Part shown: positions 39,949 through 50,021 of the stretch, piece after piece
How positions within the stretch are numbered: position 1 is the first letter of the stretch
How the letters are laid out: every line of letters begins with the position of its first letter
IMG/VR virus record: IMGVR_UViG_3300001336_000012
Coordinates: 1 to 57,722 of that record
Strand: one strand, 5' to 3'
Length of the DNA: 57,722 nucleotides
Source of the DNA: a virus
Lineage: Duplodnaviria > Caudoviricetes
Program-made: the position numbers and the translations under genes
Notes under the pieces: model-generated
Databases searched by the model: none
What the model was told of the DNA's origin: nothing
The model's input: only the letters and a program-made list of their open reading frames with translations

Positions 39949-41364
39949 ATGAAGAATACCATTTGCAATACATTACTTTCAGTTGTTGAAACAAAAGATG
40001 CAAAGTTTATTGAAAACAAAGTTAAGACAATTGAATCTGAATTATCTTTAAACGAAGTAGAGCATAGTATTATTAAAGATATTAAAGATAACCTCTATAT
40101 GTCTAATCTTATTTCTAAAGAGTTTATTTCAGAAAAGTATCCTTACTATGTTGAAAACGATGAAAACGTCTTTCCTGTCATTCTTTCAAAAGAAGCCATT
40201 GACTCTGCAATTATTGATATTAGGTTAAGACAACTTAAATCAAGCTTAGCAAAAGACATGTTAAACTTTGGCAGCAAGATTGCAGACCTTAGCCCTTCAG
40301 ATATTAAAGCTAAGTTTAATGACTTCTATTCAAATATTCTCCTTGAAAATAGAAATGTATCACCAAAGAATGCAGTAATGAAAAAGGAAACACCTTATGA
40401 AGACTTAATTAAAAATGCAGGTGGACTTTCATTAGTAATTCCTAAAATAGAAGAGCATGCTGGAAAAGCAACTAAAGGATCCATTGTCTCTATTTTAGCA
40501 TTTACAGGGGAATTTAAATCAACCTATGCGGTCAATGTTGCATATCAAAATGCAATGGCCGGAGAAAACGTCCTCTATTTATCATTAGAAGGTCCCACAG
40601 AAAGTTTAGTCTCTCGTCTCGTCCTCTATCATATTGCGCAGACAGTTAAATCTAAGGATCGTCTAATTGATGCTCGTGTCTTAAGAGATGGTCAATTAAC
40701 AGAAGTGCAAGCAAAGTTTTATAATGATAAGCATAACGAGCTCATTGATGCATTAGATGGTCATCTTATTTTATGGGGTGAAAATGACATTAACTACAAA
40801 AACTTTACTGAAATGACCGAGACACTTAGACTTGCTGAAAAAAAGTTTCAAGAAAAAACAGGTAAAGGCCTTGATGCAGTAGTGGTTGATCAGCTTGCAC
40901 TTTTAAAGTATGAAGAAGCGGGCGGCAAAAAGTATACCTATGATGGTGCAATTATGAACGACTGGGTATCCTATTTTAGACAGCAGTCACTTAACTTCTT
41001 AGATGAAGCAAAAGAAATCGTCGTCTTCATGGTATCACAGACATCAAGGAATGCATATGCAGAAGCATCTAAAGAAAAGAATAGAGGCCGCTACACCTCT
41101 TCATCTGCATCAGATTCACATGAGTTAGAGCGAGCAAGTACAACCATGATTACTTTATGGAAAGGTAAAGACAATTCAGATGACACAGTCCTTATCAATA
41201 TTCCAAAAGCAAGAAATGGTTATTCACCAAGAGATCCAATTCAAACACAAGCATATGGGCAATACTTTCATGTAGGACCGCTTAAGTTTAATGACAACGA
41301 AGCCATTACATCAGAGCAGTTTGATGGAAAGAATATTACAATTGAAGATCTATTTAAGTTTTAA
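39949..41364 (+). CDS. dnaB: DnaB-like replicative helicase
   Basis: AFTGEFKST, VLYLSLEG, VVVDQL, VSQTSR, KARNG. Confidence 0.85.
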   Translation: MKNTICNTLLSVVETKDAKFIENKVKTIESELSLNEVEHSIIKDIKDNLYMSNLISKEFISEKYPYYVENDENVFPVILSKEAIDSAIIDIRLRQLKSSLAKDMLNFGSKIADLSPSDIKAKFNDFYSNILLENRNVSPKNAVMKKETPYEDLIKNAGGLSLVIPKIEEHAGKATKGSIVSILAFTGEFKSTYAVNVAYQNAMAGENVLYLSLEGPTESLVSRLVLYHIAQTVKSKDRLIDARVLRDGQLTEVQAKFYNDKHNELIDALDGHLILWGENDINYKNFTEMTETLRLAEKKFQEKTGKGLDAVVVDQLALLKYEEAGGKKYTYDGAIMNDWVSYFRQQSLNFLDEAKEIVVFMVSQTSRNAYAEASKEKNRGRYTSSSASDSHELERASTTMITLWKGKDNSDDTVLINIPKARNGYSPRDPIQTQAYGQYFHVGPLKFNDNEAITSEQFDGKNITIEDLFKF

Positions 41365-41369
41365 GACAA

Positions 41370-41407
41370 TCATATAAATAGTAAAAGATCACTATATATA
41401 GTGTAAG
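41370..41407 (+). promoter_or_regulatory. Phage promoter TCATA-N15-CACTATATATAGTGTAAG
   Basis: tcata 41370, cacta 41390. Confidence 0.75.
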
Positions 41408-41416
41408 GAGGTTATT

Positions 41417-41656
41417 ATGGAAAGAATAACAAGTTTTTGGATTAGAGGCAGAGAGCATAGAGACGCAGTCGTTAATTCTCTGCTTGAAAGTGGGTATCAG
41501 CTTAGAATTTCTTTAGATAAAGACAGCGAACTACTGACAGGTAAACCTGCATACTTAATTGCAATGGTGCAACCAGAGTTTGATGGCTATTCTTTTGAAC
41601 CAATATCAGAGTTAGATTTGGTCAAAAGACATGACGAAGACGAGGAGGAGAAGTAA
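41417..41656 (+). CDS. Hypothetical protein
   Basis: AAGGAGG RBS. Confidence 0.65.
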   Translation: MERITSFWIRGREHRDAVVNSLLESGYQLRISLDKDSELLTGKPAYLIAMVQPEFDGYSFEPISELDLVKRHDEDEEEK

Positions 41657-41657
41657 A

Positions 41658-41873
41658 ATGGCTTGGGAATTGACAGACCCTATTTATAGTATTGAGAATG
41701 ATAAAGGTGAAGTATTTGTAGGAACTGACGAAGAGTGTATGGAGAAGGTTCATGAATGGTATGGGAATGGTTTAATTGATATACCTCATAGAGATGATGA
41801 CTTAGAAGATGGTTTATTTGAATACTTCGAAAGAAATTCTGAAGAGATTATGGATTTGCAAGAGGGTCGTTGA
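41658..41873 (+). CDS. Acidic hypothetical protein
   Basis: GGAGGAG RBS; start MAWELT. Confidence 0.6.
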   Translation: MAWELTDPIYSIENDKGEVFVGTDEECMEKVHEWYGNGLIDIPHRDDDLEDGLFEYFERNSEEIMDLQEGR

Positions 41874-42006
41874 TGCCACCTCTTTAAAAACAGGTCGCCC
41901 TGATAGACGGCAAGTTCGCAATAGTCTACCATTATATGACGGAACACTTCTCATTGAAGTGTCCATTCGTTGATCGTAGGGACAAATACACAAAACCCTA
42001 CACCCC
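41860..42006 (+). ncRNA. Candidate structured intergenic RNA
   Basis: Five consecutive hairpins in a GC-enriched gap. Confidence 0.35.
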
Positions 42007-42033
42007 TTAAAAAAAATTAGGAGGATAATTAAA

Positions 42034-42375
42034 ATGGGATTAGACCAAAGTTTTTATAATAAAAAACCAAAGACTGACAAAGATAATTACTTAGACATTG
42101 ATGAAAATACTGAAGTCCTTTACTTTAGAAAGTTTCATTCACTACATGATTATATTAGAGGCATTATGGGAAGCGCAAACAATGCAGAAGTTGTTCGGCT
42201 GCAATCTAAAGATTTAAATAAGATTGCAAAGTTTTTAATTGACAACGCTAATTCTTACTGGGCATTTGATGATGATGAAATTGATGACTTACCGCCTAGA
42301 TTTTTTGAAGCTGTCGGTGTATTAACTTATTATGCAAGTAAAAATAAACCATTGTTCTATGTAGGTGACTGGTAA
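42034..42375 (+). CDS. Hypothetical phage protein
   Basis: MGLD...YFRK..LH pattern; AGGAGG RBS. Confidence 0.7.
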   Translation: MGLDQSFYNKKPKTDKDNYLDIDENTEVLYFRKFHSLHDYIRGIMGSANNAEVVRLQSKDLNKIAKFLIDNANSYWAFDDDEIDDLPPRFFEAVGVLTYYASKNKPLFYVGDW

Positions 42376-42376
42376 A

Positions 42377-42640
42377 ATGCAAAGGTTTTATGAAAGGCTA
42401 ATTGCAAACCTACATAATGATAAAGTACTGCATCATATATTTTCTTTCTTTATTGCAATTTCACTGTTCTTTATTTCGGTACCTTTGGGTATTTTAGTAA
42501 CGCTTGCCGTTGGTATAGCAAAAGAAGTATTTGATCATGTGTTTTTAAAAAGATGGTCATGGGGTGATTTATTAGCAGATGTCTTTGGCATACTTGATGC
42601 AGTACTAATTTATTATTTAATTACAGGAGTTATTTTATGA
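42377..42640 (+). CDS. Small membrane protein
   Basis: DK..H, GIAKEVFD, SWGDLLAD..G; hydrophobic. Confidence 0.65.
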   Translation: MQRFYERLIANLHNDKVLHHIFSFFIAISLFFISVPLGILVTLAVGIAKEVFDHVFLKRWSWGDLLADVFGILDAVLIYYLITGVIL

Positions 42641-43194
42641 GTGAAAGACCTTCTTATTTTAATGAACCAATTGTTATGAATGGCTATACCTTTTATAAAA
42701 ATGAGCATGATAGAGTATATGTGCCTGAAGAAAAAAATGCATTTAATAAATTTTTAGATGCTATCTTCAAAAAAATTGCTAAGCCAACAAAAGAGCAAGC
42801 AAAAAATTTTGAACTTATTAGACAATACCCATTCCTTTTACCAAAGAATCGCTGGGACAAAGGGTATAGTTTAGATACTAACTTTGAGTATACTGAGCTA
42901 ACCTGGATGCCAGAAGGCTGGCGCAAAGCATTTGGTAACTATATGCTTAAAGAATTAAAAGACGCTTTAGGTGATTACATATATGAATATATGGTTACAG
43001 ATATTAAAGAAAAATATGGCACGCTAAGATGGTATGACTTTGGTGCACCAGAAGAAGCACATAAAGTTATTTCAAAATTTGAAAGACTAAGTGCTAATAC
43101 ATGTATTGTCTGTGGTAAAAATGCAACACATGTAACAGAAGGCTATATTTTACCACTCTGTGATACCTGCTATGAGGAGAAAGAAAAAAAATGA
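42637..43194 (+). CDS. Hypothetical phage protein with C-terminal zinc ribbon
   Basis: IKEKYGTLRWY, CIVCG...LCDTC. Confidence 0.7.
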   Translation: MSERPSYFNEPIVMNGYTFYKNEHDRVYVPEEKNAFNKFLDAIFKKIAKPTKEQAKNFELIRQYPFLLPKNRWDKGYSLDTNFEYTELTWMPEGWRKAFGNYMLKELKDALGDYIYEYMVTDIKEKYGTLRWYDFGAPEEAHKVISKFERLSANTCIVCGKNATHVTEGYILPLCDTCYEEKEKK

Positions 43195-43376
43195 AAAAAT
43201 CTGATTATGAAAAAGCATTAGATGAATTTTATCAAATAGAAGAAGATGTAGAAGACAAAAATATTTTAATATTTGATGAATTAACTGAAGAAGAAAAAGA
43301 TGATCTAAGGGAGACCATGGGTAATGAATTCAGACATGCAGAAAACCATTTCGCAAAAAATAAGGACTCTGAATGA
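43191..43376 (+). CDS. Small acidic hypothetical protein
   Basis: ATGA overlap, GAGGAG RBS. Confidence 0.55.
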   Translation: MKKSDYEKALDEFYQIEEDVEDKNILIFDELTEEEKDDLRETMGNEFRHAENHFAKNKDSE

Positions 43377-43833
43377 AATACCACTATTTGCAGCAATCAT
43401 AGTTACACTCGAATTTTTATTTTTAGTATTACCAAATATATCGTTAACACCATTAATATTTGCAGTTTATTTTGCAAATAGATCCTATAAGCATTCAGTA
43501 ATGCTTATTACAGTTTATATGGGTGTAGAGGTACTTCAATGGGGCATAAGCCTATGGGTAGCTCCAATGTTTTTAGGCTGGCTTTTATTAGCTGTCCTAA
43601 TTAAACAATTTAAAGCAGTGCCTGCATATATTAAAAGTTTTTTCTTTGCATATTTGTATGGGGCAATGTTTATGCCTTTGACGGTCATTGTCTATAAGGT
43701 TGACTGGTGGGGTTATTTAGTTGCAGACTTTCCGTTTGCAACCACAATGGCAATAACAAATATTTTAACATTTGTCTTACTATTTGATCGTCTCAGTAAA
43801 TTTTTTGCAACATACAATATAAATCAATATTAA
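43324..43833 (+). CDS. ECF transporter S-component-like membrane protein
   Basis: 169 aa, about 5-6 TM helices, LPNI motif in loop 1, DFPF near the end. Confidence 0.5.
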   Translation: MNSDMQKTISQKIRTLNEIPLFAAIIVTLEFLFLVLPNISLTPLIFAVYFANRSYKHSVMLITVYMGVEVLQWGISLWVAPMFLGWLLLAVLIKQFKAVPAYIKSFFFAYLYGAMFMPLTVIVYKVDWWGYLVADFPFATTMAITNILTFVLLFDRLSKFFATYNINQY

Positions 43834-43858
43834 ACAATTACATAAAAAGGAGATTAGC

Positions 43859-44479
43859 ATGAGAGTAGCAGTAGGTGGTATGATTGCTTCAGGCAAAAGT
43901 ACATTAGTAAAAGCATTATCTAAAGAGTTACAAATTCCAAGCATGGACGAATTTGCAGAAAATGATGAGGTATTTAATACTTTACTTGGGTGGCTTTACA
44001 AAGGTGTTGAAGATGTTGAAATGCTTTTACAAGTTTATTTTCTGCATAAGCATTGGAAAACACAAAAAGAACATGATGATGAAGTTGTCATTGATCGGCA
44101 CATGATTGAGCACTGGCTCTTCGCACAAAACAATATTAAAGATAAGACAGTTAAAAACTTTTATAATGGCATATTTAATGCATACATGAATGATGTAAAG
44201 CCAATTGATCTATATATTATATTAGCCATTGATTGGAATACCTTTGTTGAAAGAATGCATAAACGAGGAAGACAGCAAGAAATTGAAAACTTTGATGCAA
44301 ATGAAGATTACTTTAGAAAGCTAAATGCAAACTATGTAAAAATGTTAAAAGCACAATGTCTAATTCATGGCATTAAGTATGAAGTGATTCATGCAGATAC
44401 AGATGACACAGAAGTATTAGCTGCTGCAATTCGATCAATTGACTTCCATAGAAACTTAAAAACATTAAATATTGAATAG
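43859..44479 (+). CDS. Deoxynucleoside kinase
   Basis: GMIASGKST, LQVYFL, IDR, RGRQQE lid. Confidence 0.88.
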   Translation: MRVAVGGMIASGKSTLVKALSKELQIPSMDEFAENDEVFNTLLGWLYKGVEDVEMLLQVYFLHKHWKTQKEHDDEVVIDRHMIEHWLFAQNNIKDKTVKNFYNGIFNAYMNDVKPIDLYIILAIDWNTFVERMHKRGRQQEIENFDANEDYFRKLNANYVKMLKAQCLIHGIKYEVIHADTDDTEVLAAAIRSIDFHRNLKTLNIE

Positions 44480-44485
44480 TAAGAA

Positions 44486-44523
44486 TCATATAAATAGATT
44501 AAGGCCACTATATATTATGTAAG
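44486..44523 (+). promoter_or_regulatory. Phage promoter TCATA-N15-CACTATA
   Basis: tcata 44486, cacta 44506. Confidence 0.7.
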
Positions 44524-44549
44524 CAGTAAATATATTAGGAGGATAACTT

Positions 44550-44801
44550 ATGATTTCACTTGTTGAATATTGTCAAAAGCATAAAATTAAGTTAAGAGAA
44601 GTTAGAGGTGGTGTTGAAGTAAGATATAGTATGAAAAATAATGGTGCGCATATTGATGAGTTTACCAAAAGATTAATACGACCACTTAGAGGTATTGCTA
44701 AGATTACTGACTGGGAATATGTGACAAGCCCAAATACATTTAGTTATAGAGACTGGCCAAAAGTAAAAGTAAAAGCCACATTTAAAGGAGAATTGCAATG
44801 A
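44550..44801 (+). CDS. Hypothetical protein
   Basis: AGGAGG RBS. Confidence 0.65.
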   Translation: MISLVEYCQKHKIKLREVRGGVEVRYSMKNNGAHIDEFTKRLIRPLRGIAKITDWEYVTSPNTFSYRDWPKVKVKATFKGELQ

Positions 44802-45181
44802 CAAAAAAAGAAGTATATGAATTTATTAAAGAGTATGATTTGTTTGTAATGGAAAATACTGAAGAATGGTTTGAAGATGCTGTGCTTGAAACCACAGAAG
44901 ATGAAGACAAAAGACTTAGACAATTAGAATCCGCATTAAACTCTTTTGAAACATTTGATAGTATTGTTGAATCTGAAGTAATGCGGTGGCGTGGTAGATA
45001 CCGTAACAAAGCAGAAGGCTTCTTAGGTCGTGCAAGACAGGTTGAACGTGAAGGTCAAGAAATACTTTTAGATCTTATGGAAGAAGTTATTACAGTTGAT
45101 CGTGGTGATGATTATGATGAAATTGGAAGAGATGAATATCTTGCAGACAGCATGTATGATTTTATGAAAGAAGAAGACTAA
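44798..45181 (+). CDS. Acidic hypothetical protein
   Basis: AAGGAG RBS, ATGA overlap. Confidence 0.65.
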   Translation: MTKKEVYEFIKEYDLFVMENTEEWFEDAVLETTEDEDKRLRQLESALNSFETFDSIVESEVMRWRGRYRNKAEGFLGRARQVEREGQEILLDLMEEVITVDRGDDYDEIGRDEYLADSMYDFMKEED

Positions 45182-45684
45182 TGAACATTAAAGTATGGGA
45201 TAGCACTGAAAAAGTATACGCAGAAAACATTGAGACAATTGATGAAGCCTTTGCTGTTATTGCTAAGTACTTAGAAGACTTGCATTTTAAATCCTATTAT
45301 TATAGGCAAAACCTTTTAGATGATAAGGCAGTTCAGATTGACTACGGATCTCATACGCATTTCTTTTATATGCAAGATCAAGATGGTGAGCATATTTTTC
45401 CAGTTGAGCAGGTATTTTCAAAAGATGAATTTGATTTTGATGAAGGACCAAATTCGTTAGAAGAGCTGTTTGAAAAAGATCAAAAAAGTTATTCACTAAA
45501 AGAAGTAAAGCTGCAGCTGTTTGAATTAGAAAATCTTAAAATAGCAATAGAAGATTTAGAAGATATTCAAAATGAAGTAAGTGATCTTAATCATATACCT
45601 ATTAATAAAGTAAAAAAAGAAACACAAAAAATTGTAAACAAGCTTGAAAAAGTAATGGACGACCTCGAAAAGTTAGTACAATAA
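45181..45684 (+). CDS. Hypothetical protein
   Basis: TAATG coupling; IDYGSHTHFF motif. Confidence 0.65.
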   Translation: MNIKVWDSTEKVYAENIETIDEAFAVIAKYLEDLHFKSYYYRQNLLDDKAVQIDYGSHTHFFYMQDQDGEHIFPVEQVFSKDEFDFDEGPNSLEELFEKDQKSYSLKEVKLQLFELENLKIAIEDLEDIQNEVSDLNHIPINKVKKETQKIVNKLEKVMDDLEKLVQ

Positions 45685-45716
45685 TCATAAATAAAATACA
45701 CTATAAACAGCGTAAC
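45679..45716 (+). promoter_or_regulatory. Degenerate phage promoter
   Basis: cactataaacagcgtaa at 45699; upstream element weak. Confidence 0.4.
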
Positions 45717-45748
45717 AAAAAAAATAAAATAAGTTAAGGAGTTTTAAA

Positions 45749-46312
45749 ATGAGTATTAATGAAGATGACAAAGTAGGAATTATTATTGGAAATACTGCAG
45801 ATCCTGTAGAGCACATTGATAATAATATTAGTCTTACTGAGCAAGAAAAAATTAATCAAAAGGTTTATTATTTTATAGCAAAAAAATTAAATTTAGCTGC
45901 AGCAAGTAGTTGTAATACAAAAAAGCAATGTCTTGTTGATGAATTAGGAAATAGGTATTTATTACATTTAGAAGAACAAAATTATAAAAATTTTGTAAAC
46001 AAAAAAACATGGCCGCTAATTCATAAAAGTATATATGAAAGTGATCAGAAATTAAAAGAATATCTTGGGGGCTATGACAAAATAGTTTTTGCATTTTTAA
46101 ACAAAGAAACAAGAAATATTAAATTAATTGCATCTGGGTTAGATGTTAATAAATTGCTAGAGCTAAGAGAAAAGGCAATAGAGGCTGCTAAAAGTAAAGA
46201 TAAGAAAAAAGCGCTAAAGCCGTTTTTCATAAGTCACTATAATAGCACAGAAGACTTTTATGTTTTAAGCAAAAAAGTTTTAGCAGAAAAAAATTTAATT
46301 AATACCTACTAA
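45749..46312 (+). CDS. Hypothetical protein
   Basis: AAGGAG RBS. Confidence 0.65.
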   Translation: MSINEDDKVGIIIGNTADPVEHIDNNISLTEQEKINQKVYYFIAKKLNLAAASSCNTKKQCLVDELGNRYLLHLEEQNYKNFVNKKTWPLIHKSIYESDQKLKEYLGGYDKIVFAFLNKETRNIKLIASGLDVNKLLELREKAIEAAKSKDKKKALKPFFISHYNSTEDFYVLSKKVLAEKNLINTY

Positions 46313-46770
46313 TGAATAAGCTAACACTAAAACAAATGGAAGACTTGGTTAAAGAAAAGTATAGCTTAACCAAGTCTTTATCTAAATTAAACCCAGATAA
46401 TCAATATCAAGTAGGACAACCGTGCTTTTGCCCATTCCATGAAAACCATAATAGCCCCGCAGCTTCTATCTATGACGACGAAAAAGGTGAAACACTTTAT
46501 TGCTTCTCAGAAAGAAAGTTGTACACGGTTGTCGACGTCTTTAAAGATCTGATGCATTATGACATCTACGATCTTGGCAACAGCCTTTGGAAAAGCATGT
46601 CAGAAGCAGAACAGCAAGCATGGCTTATTTCCCACAATGCATATGATCAAGCATTTGATAAAAAAGAAATTAAGCCATTAAGTAAAGAACTAAGAAAAAG
46701 TATTGAGCTATATAAAAGCAATAAAATAAATTTAAATGAAATGCTTAATGCATATATGTCAAACAGTTAA
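46312..46770 (+). CDS. Stand-alone primase zinc-binding (CHC2-like) domain protein
   Basis: CPFHENHNSPAASIY...LYCFSE. Confidence 0.75.
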   Translation: MNKLTLKQMEDLVKEKYSLTKSLSKLNPDNQYQVGQPCFCPFHENHNSPAASIYDDEKGETLYCFSERKLYTVVDVFKDLMHYDIYDLGNSLWKSMSEAEQQAWLISHNAYDQAFDKKEIKPLSKELRKSIELYKSNKINLNEMLNAYMSNS

Positions 46771-46781
46771 GGAGGTTTTAA

Positions 46782-47105
46782 ATGACTTACGAAAAAGTTT
46801 TGCTTGAAAATGTTACCATTGGTATGAACATTGCTTTACCTGTAAAAGACCAAAGCTTTTATTTAACAAGCGAAGGGGAAGTAAAAAGATTATCAACTGT
46901 TAGAATATTTAATGTTGTTGGCATTCAAAAAAATAATGTCTCTAAAACATTTACAGTAGAAGTGTTAGAAATTAATGCAACACAAAATGTTCAGCCATTA
47001 ATTTTAGATCAAAACGCAGATGTATTTAAAATTAATATGGAGACAGTTATAGAAGACCCAGAAGAAAAAGAAACAAAAGATAATAGAAAAGTTATTAAAG
47101 GATAG
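46782..47105 (+). CDS. Hypothetical protein
   Basis: AAGGAGG RBS. Confidence 0.65.
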   Translation: MTYEKVLLENVTIGMNIALPVKDQSFYLTSEGEVKRLSTVRIFNVVGIQKNNVSKTFTVEVLEINATQNVQPLILDQNADVFKINMETVIEDPEEKETKDNRKVIKG

Positions 47106-47163
47106 CCATTTAGTCCTTTTAAAGGATCAATATGCTTGCAAATGAGCATAGTGTGAGTACTAG

Positions 47164-47200
47164 TTATATATTAAAGCATTAGACACTATATACAGTGTAA
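47164..47200 (+). promoter_or_regulatory. Phage promoter TTATA-N15-CACTATATACAGTGTAA
   Basis: ttata 47164, cacta 47184. Confidence 0.65.
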
Positions 47201-47229
47201 TAAAAAATAAATCATAAGGAGAAATAGTT

Positions 47230-47937
47230 ATGTTTAAAGTTAACACCAACCCAGAAACAGGGAAAACCGTTTCATTGCATCTTTCAGATGTCACATTTAG
47301 TTATTCTTATTTAGTAACACCAAGACCGGAAACAGATTTTAATCCGGGAACTTATGGTACTGAACTCATTATTCATGACCAAGAAACATTTAAAGCAGCA
47401 AAAGATTATTTAAATGAAGTAATGGAGGAAGCTAAAGTAACTACTTGGGAAAATAAAATTCCTAAGAATTTGCATTTGCCAATTCGTAAAGGTAATGATG
47501 ATAATGAATTAGAGGCTGGAAACTTTGTTATTAAAACTTCAAGTAAGCAACAGCCTAAGTTATTCATTCGTAATGAAGATGAAACACGAGCAAGAGAAGT
47601 TACAGAAAATGAACTTGATGAAATTTACGCAGGTATGATCGGTGAAGCCATTATCACATTTAGAGCATATTCTTATAACGGCATCAAAGGCGTTAAAGGA
47701 TATATTAATGCAGTGTGTAAAACAGCTGATGGTACACAGCTTGCTAAAAAAGTTTCATACGAAGATGCATTCTCTGGTGCAACAGATTTTGATGCTGCAC
47801 CTGCACCAAGATCAACACCTGCACCTAAAAAAGAAGTTGCAAGTGATGATATTGATTTAGACAGCATGCTATCACAACAACCAACAACAACAAAAGCAGA
47901 ATCAACCGGATTAACCATTGACGATCTACTTAAATAA
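47230..47937 (+). CDS. ssb: Single-stranded DNA-binding protein (gp2.5/DUF2815-like)
   Basis: VTFSYSYL..P, PIRKG, EIYAG, AYSYNG.KGV; acidic tail. Confidence 0.8.
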   Translation: MFKVNTNPETGKTVSLHLSDVTFSYSYLVTPRPETDFNPGTYGTELIIHDQETFKAAKDYLNEVMEEAKVTTWENKIPKNLHLPIRKGNDDNELEAGNFVIKTSSKQQPKLFIRNEDETRAREVTENELDEIYAGMIGEAIITFRAYSYNGIKGVKGYINAVCKTADGTQLAKKVSYEDAFSGATDFDAAPAPRSTPAPKKEVASDDIDLDSMLSQQPTTTKAESTGLTIDDLLK

Positions 47938-47940
47938 TAT

Positions 47941-48582
47941 ATGATTTATGTAGGGGTTGACCCAAGCTTTACAAAAACGGGTGTTTGTTATTTTGATACA
48001 GAAACAAAGCATGTCATACTAAATGCAATACAAGCACCCGGAACAAATAAAACATATAAAGATGCAATTAGTCGTTCGGGTTATATTGCATTAAATATTC
48101 TTAAACCTATAGATGCCGCAAAAGATGTCTATGTCTTAATTGAAGAGCCACTTATGTCTACTTTTAAGGCATCACGTCTTGGCATTCTATCAGGGGTTGT
48201 TGTTTGGACATTAGCATTTATGCCTTTTATAAAAAAGATATACAGCATTACACCAACCTACATTGCAAGAACCAATAAAGAACTTGCTAAAAAAGAAGGA
48301 CTAAATAAAAAAAGAGCAAGTCAATTTGTAGCATCAGCAATGATAGATGTTTTAAAAAAGCATGGGTATACATTTGAAGTAATAAATGATAAATATAATA
48401 AAGATGGATCCGTTAAAGCACGTAAGGTTAGCCACGATGAGTCTGAAGCTTTAATACTGACATTTACTATGTTACTAAAAAGAAACGCCATAGAGGCTGA
48501 CATATTAGCAGAAATGTTAAATATAAACCCAGGCCTTGAATTAAAAGCACAGCATATACTAATTAAAGGAGAAGTAAAATGA
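47941..48582 (+). CDS. RuvC-like Holliday junction resolvase
   Basis: VGVDPSFTKTG, VLIEE, HDESEA. Confidence 0.8.
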   Translation: MIYVGVDPSFTKTGVCYFDTETKHVILNAIQAPGTNKTYKDAISRSGYIALNILKPIDAAKDVYVLIEEPLMSTFKASRLGILSGVVVWTLAFMPFIKKIYSITPTYIARTNKELAKKEGLNKKRASQFVASAMIDVLKKHGYTFEVINDKYNKDGSVKARKVSHDESEALILTFTMLLKRNAIEADILAEMLNINPGLELKAQHILIKGEVK

Positions 48583-48989
48583 ACGAGAAAACAAATGATC
48601 TTGCATTAATTGAAACAACCGTTACAGACCTTAGATCAATGATTGAAGACTCTGTAAAATTTCAAGCAGTTGTATCACCTGTGTATCAATCAATTTCAGA
48701 TAAAATTTTAAGCATGCTAAACAAGCAAGAGGAACTTGATCATTGGGAAGTTAAAGATCTTTTAAAACTATTAGAACTTTCAAATAAAGCACAGCTTGCA
48801 CCTGTCGAGCAATTAACTAAGTTAGTCCAAAGTGTTACTGCACTTTATGAAAAAGGTAAATTACAAGATCGCGTTGATCAGCTCAAACAAATTGTTGATG
48901 AAATTAATAATAAAAAAGATAATGTCATTGACCACACAGAAGAGGCAGAAACGTTTGAAGACATTGATGGAATTGCCGCCGGGAATTAA
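48579..48989 (+). CDS. Hypothetical helical protein
   Basis: AAGGAG RBS. Confidence 0.65.
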   Translation: MNEKTNDLALIETTVTDLRSMIEDSVKFQAVVSPVYQSISDKILSMLNKQEELDHWEVKDLLKLLELSNKAQLAPVEQLTKLVQSVTALYEKGKLQDRVDQLKQIVDEINNKKDNVIDHTEEAETFEDIDGIAAGN

Positions 48990-48994
48990 ACCCT

Positions 48995-49582
48995 ATGTTA
49001 TTTCAAGCAGAAATTACTCGAGAGGTACTTAATTCAAAAGATAGGCTTGTTGAACAACTGTATGTATTTTTAAATGCATATGTACCAACACGCCTGCGTT
49101 ATGAATCACAAGAAGAACGCGAAGACTGTGTGCAAGACACAATAATGTACCTTTTAAAAAGATTTGACAACTTAGACGACGAAGTCCTTGAAAAAATTAA
49201 CATTGAAAAGTTCTTTTATAATAGAGCGCATAGTTTTATTTCAGGCTATATTAATAAGATTAAAGCAGAAAGAAATGCAAAGAAAAAATATATAGATAAT
49301 GAAATCTATATGAGAAAGCTTGAACGAACTATTGAAAAGCCAATAGAGTTTATAGATGATAACATTTTAGATACTATTATTGAAGGTTACAAGCTAGATA
49401 AAGAAAAGTCAGTCCTACTTAAAGAATTTTCAAATTTTAGATTTAAACGATTAGGGTATGACGTACCAGAACCACCTAACAGAGATATTGATGAAGCAAC
49501 CTTTGACTTATTGGTTACATTGTCGTTTGCAGTCATTGATGAATACATGATAAAAAGCGCAGAAGAAAGAGCGAGTGGGTGA
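48995..49582 (+). CDS. Second sigma factor-like protein (region 2-like)
   Basis: EEREDCVQDTIMYLLKRF...EKFFYNRA. Confidence 0.5.
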   Translation: MLFQAEITREVLNSKDRLVEQLYVFLNAYVPTRLRYESQEEREDCVQDTIMYLLKRFDNLDDEVLEKINIEKFFYNRAHSFISGYINKIKAERNAKKKYIDNEIYMRKLERTIEKPIEFIDDNILDTIIEGYKLDKEKSVLLKEFSNFRFKRLGYDVPEPPNRDIDEATFDLLVTLSFAVIDEYMIKSAEERASG

Positions 49583-49985
49583 TATTATTATAGCTGAAGA
49601 TCATTATACAGTACAGTATACGCTAAAAGAAAATGAATATAAAAAGCTTATTTATATATTATCATCATCTGAAAATTTATATAATGCGTTTCTTATTACA
49701 TTTTTAAAAGAAGTAAATGGAGATATAAATAAAGTTTTAAGAATATTAAATGTTGGGGTTAAAAGCAAGACAAAGATATTTAATGTCTCGCTTCCCAGCT
49801 ATTTAGTAATTTCTATTAAAGAAGCCATTGTCCTTGAAAACTATAAAGAGTACATAAAGAATGATGGATTTATCAGTGCTGTTGAATTGTCTAAGACACC
49901 AAGGTTTAAAATGGCTAATATAGATAGGCAAACCATTATAAGAACCTTTAAAAAATACAATATAGAATATACCTATAAAAAGTAA
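49575..49985 (+). CDS. Hypothetical protein, possible C-terminal HTH
   Basis: GTG start overlapping previous gene; IDRQTIIRTFKKYNI. Confidence 0.55.
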   Translation: MGDIIIAEDHYTVQYTLKENEYKKLIYILSSSENLYNAFLITFLKEVNGDINKVLRILNVGVKSKTKIFNVSLPSYLVISIKEAIVLENYKEYIKNDGFISAVELSKTPRFKMANIDRQTIIRTFKKYNIEYTYKK

Positions 49986-50010
49986 GCCTATCTTTTGGCT
50001 TGCTTTTTTT
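49981..50010 (+). terminator. Intrinsic terminator ending the replication block
   Basis: agtaagcc/ggcttgct stem followed by T7. Confidence 0.75.
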
Positions 50011-50021
50011 ATATATTAGAC

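Noticed and set aside
47106-47160. ncRNA or tRNA in the gap before ssb
   Set aside because: Only two short hairpins and no cloverleaf; no tRNA recognised anywhere in the window
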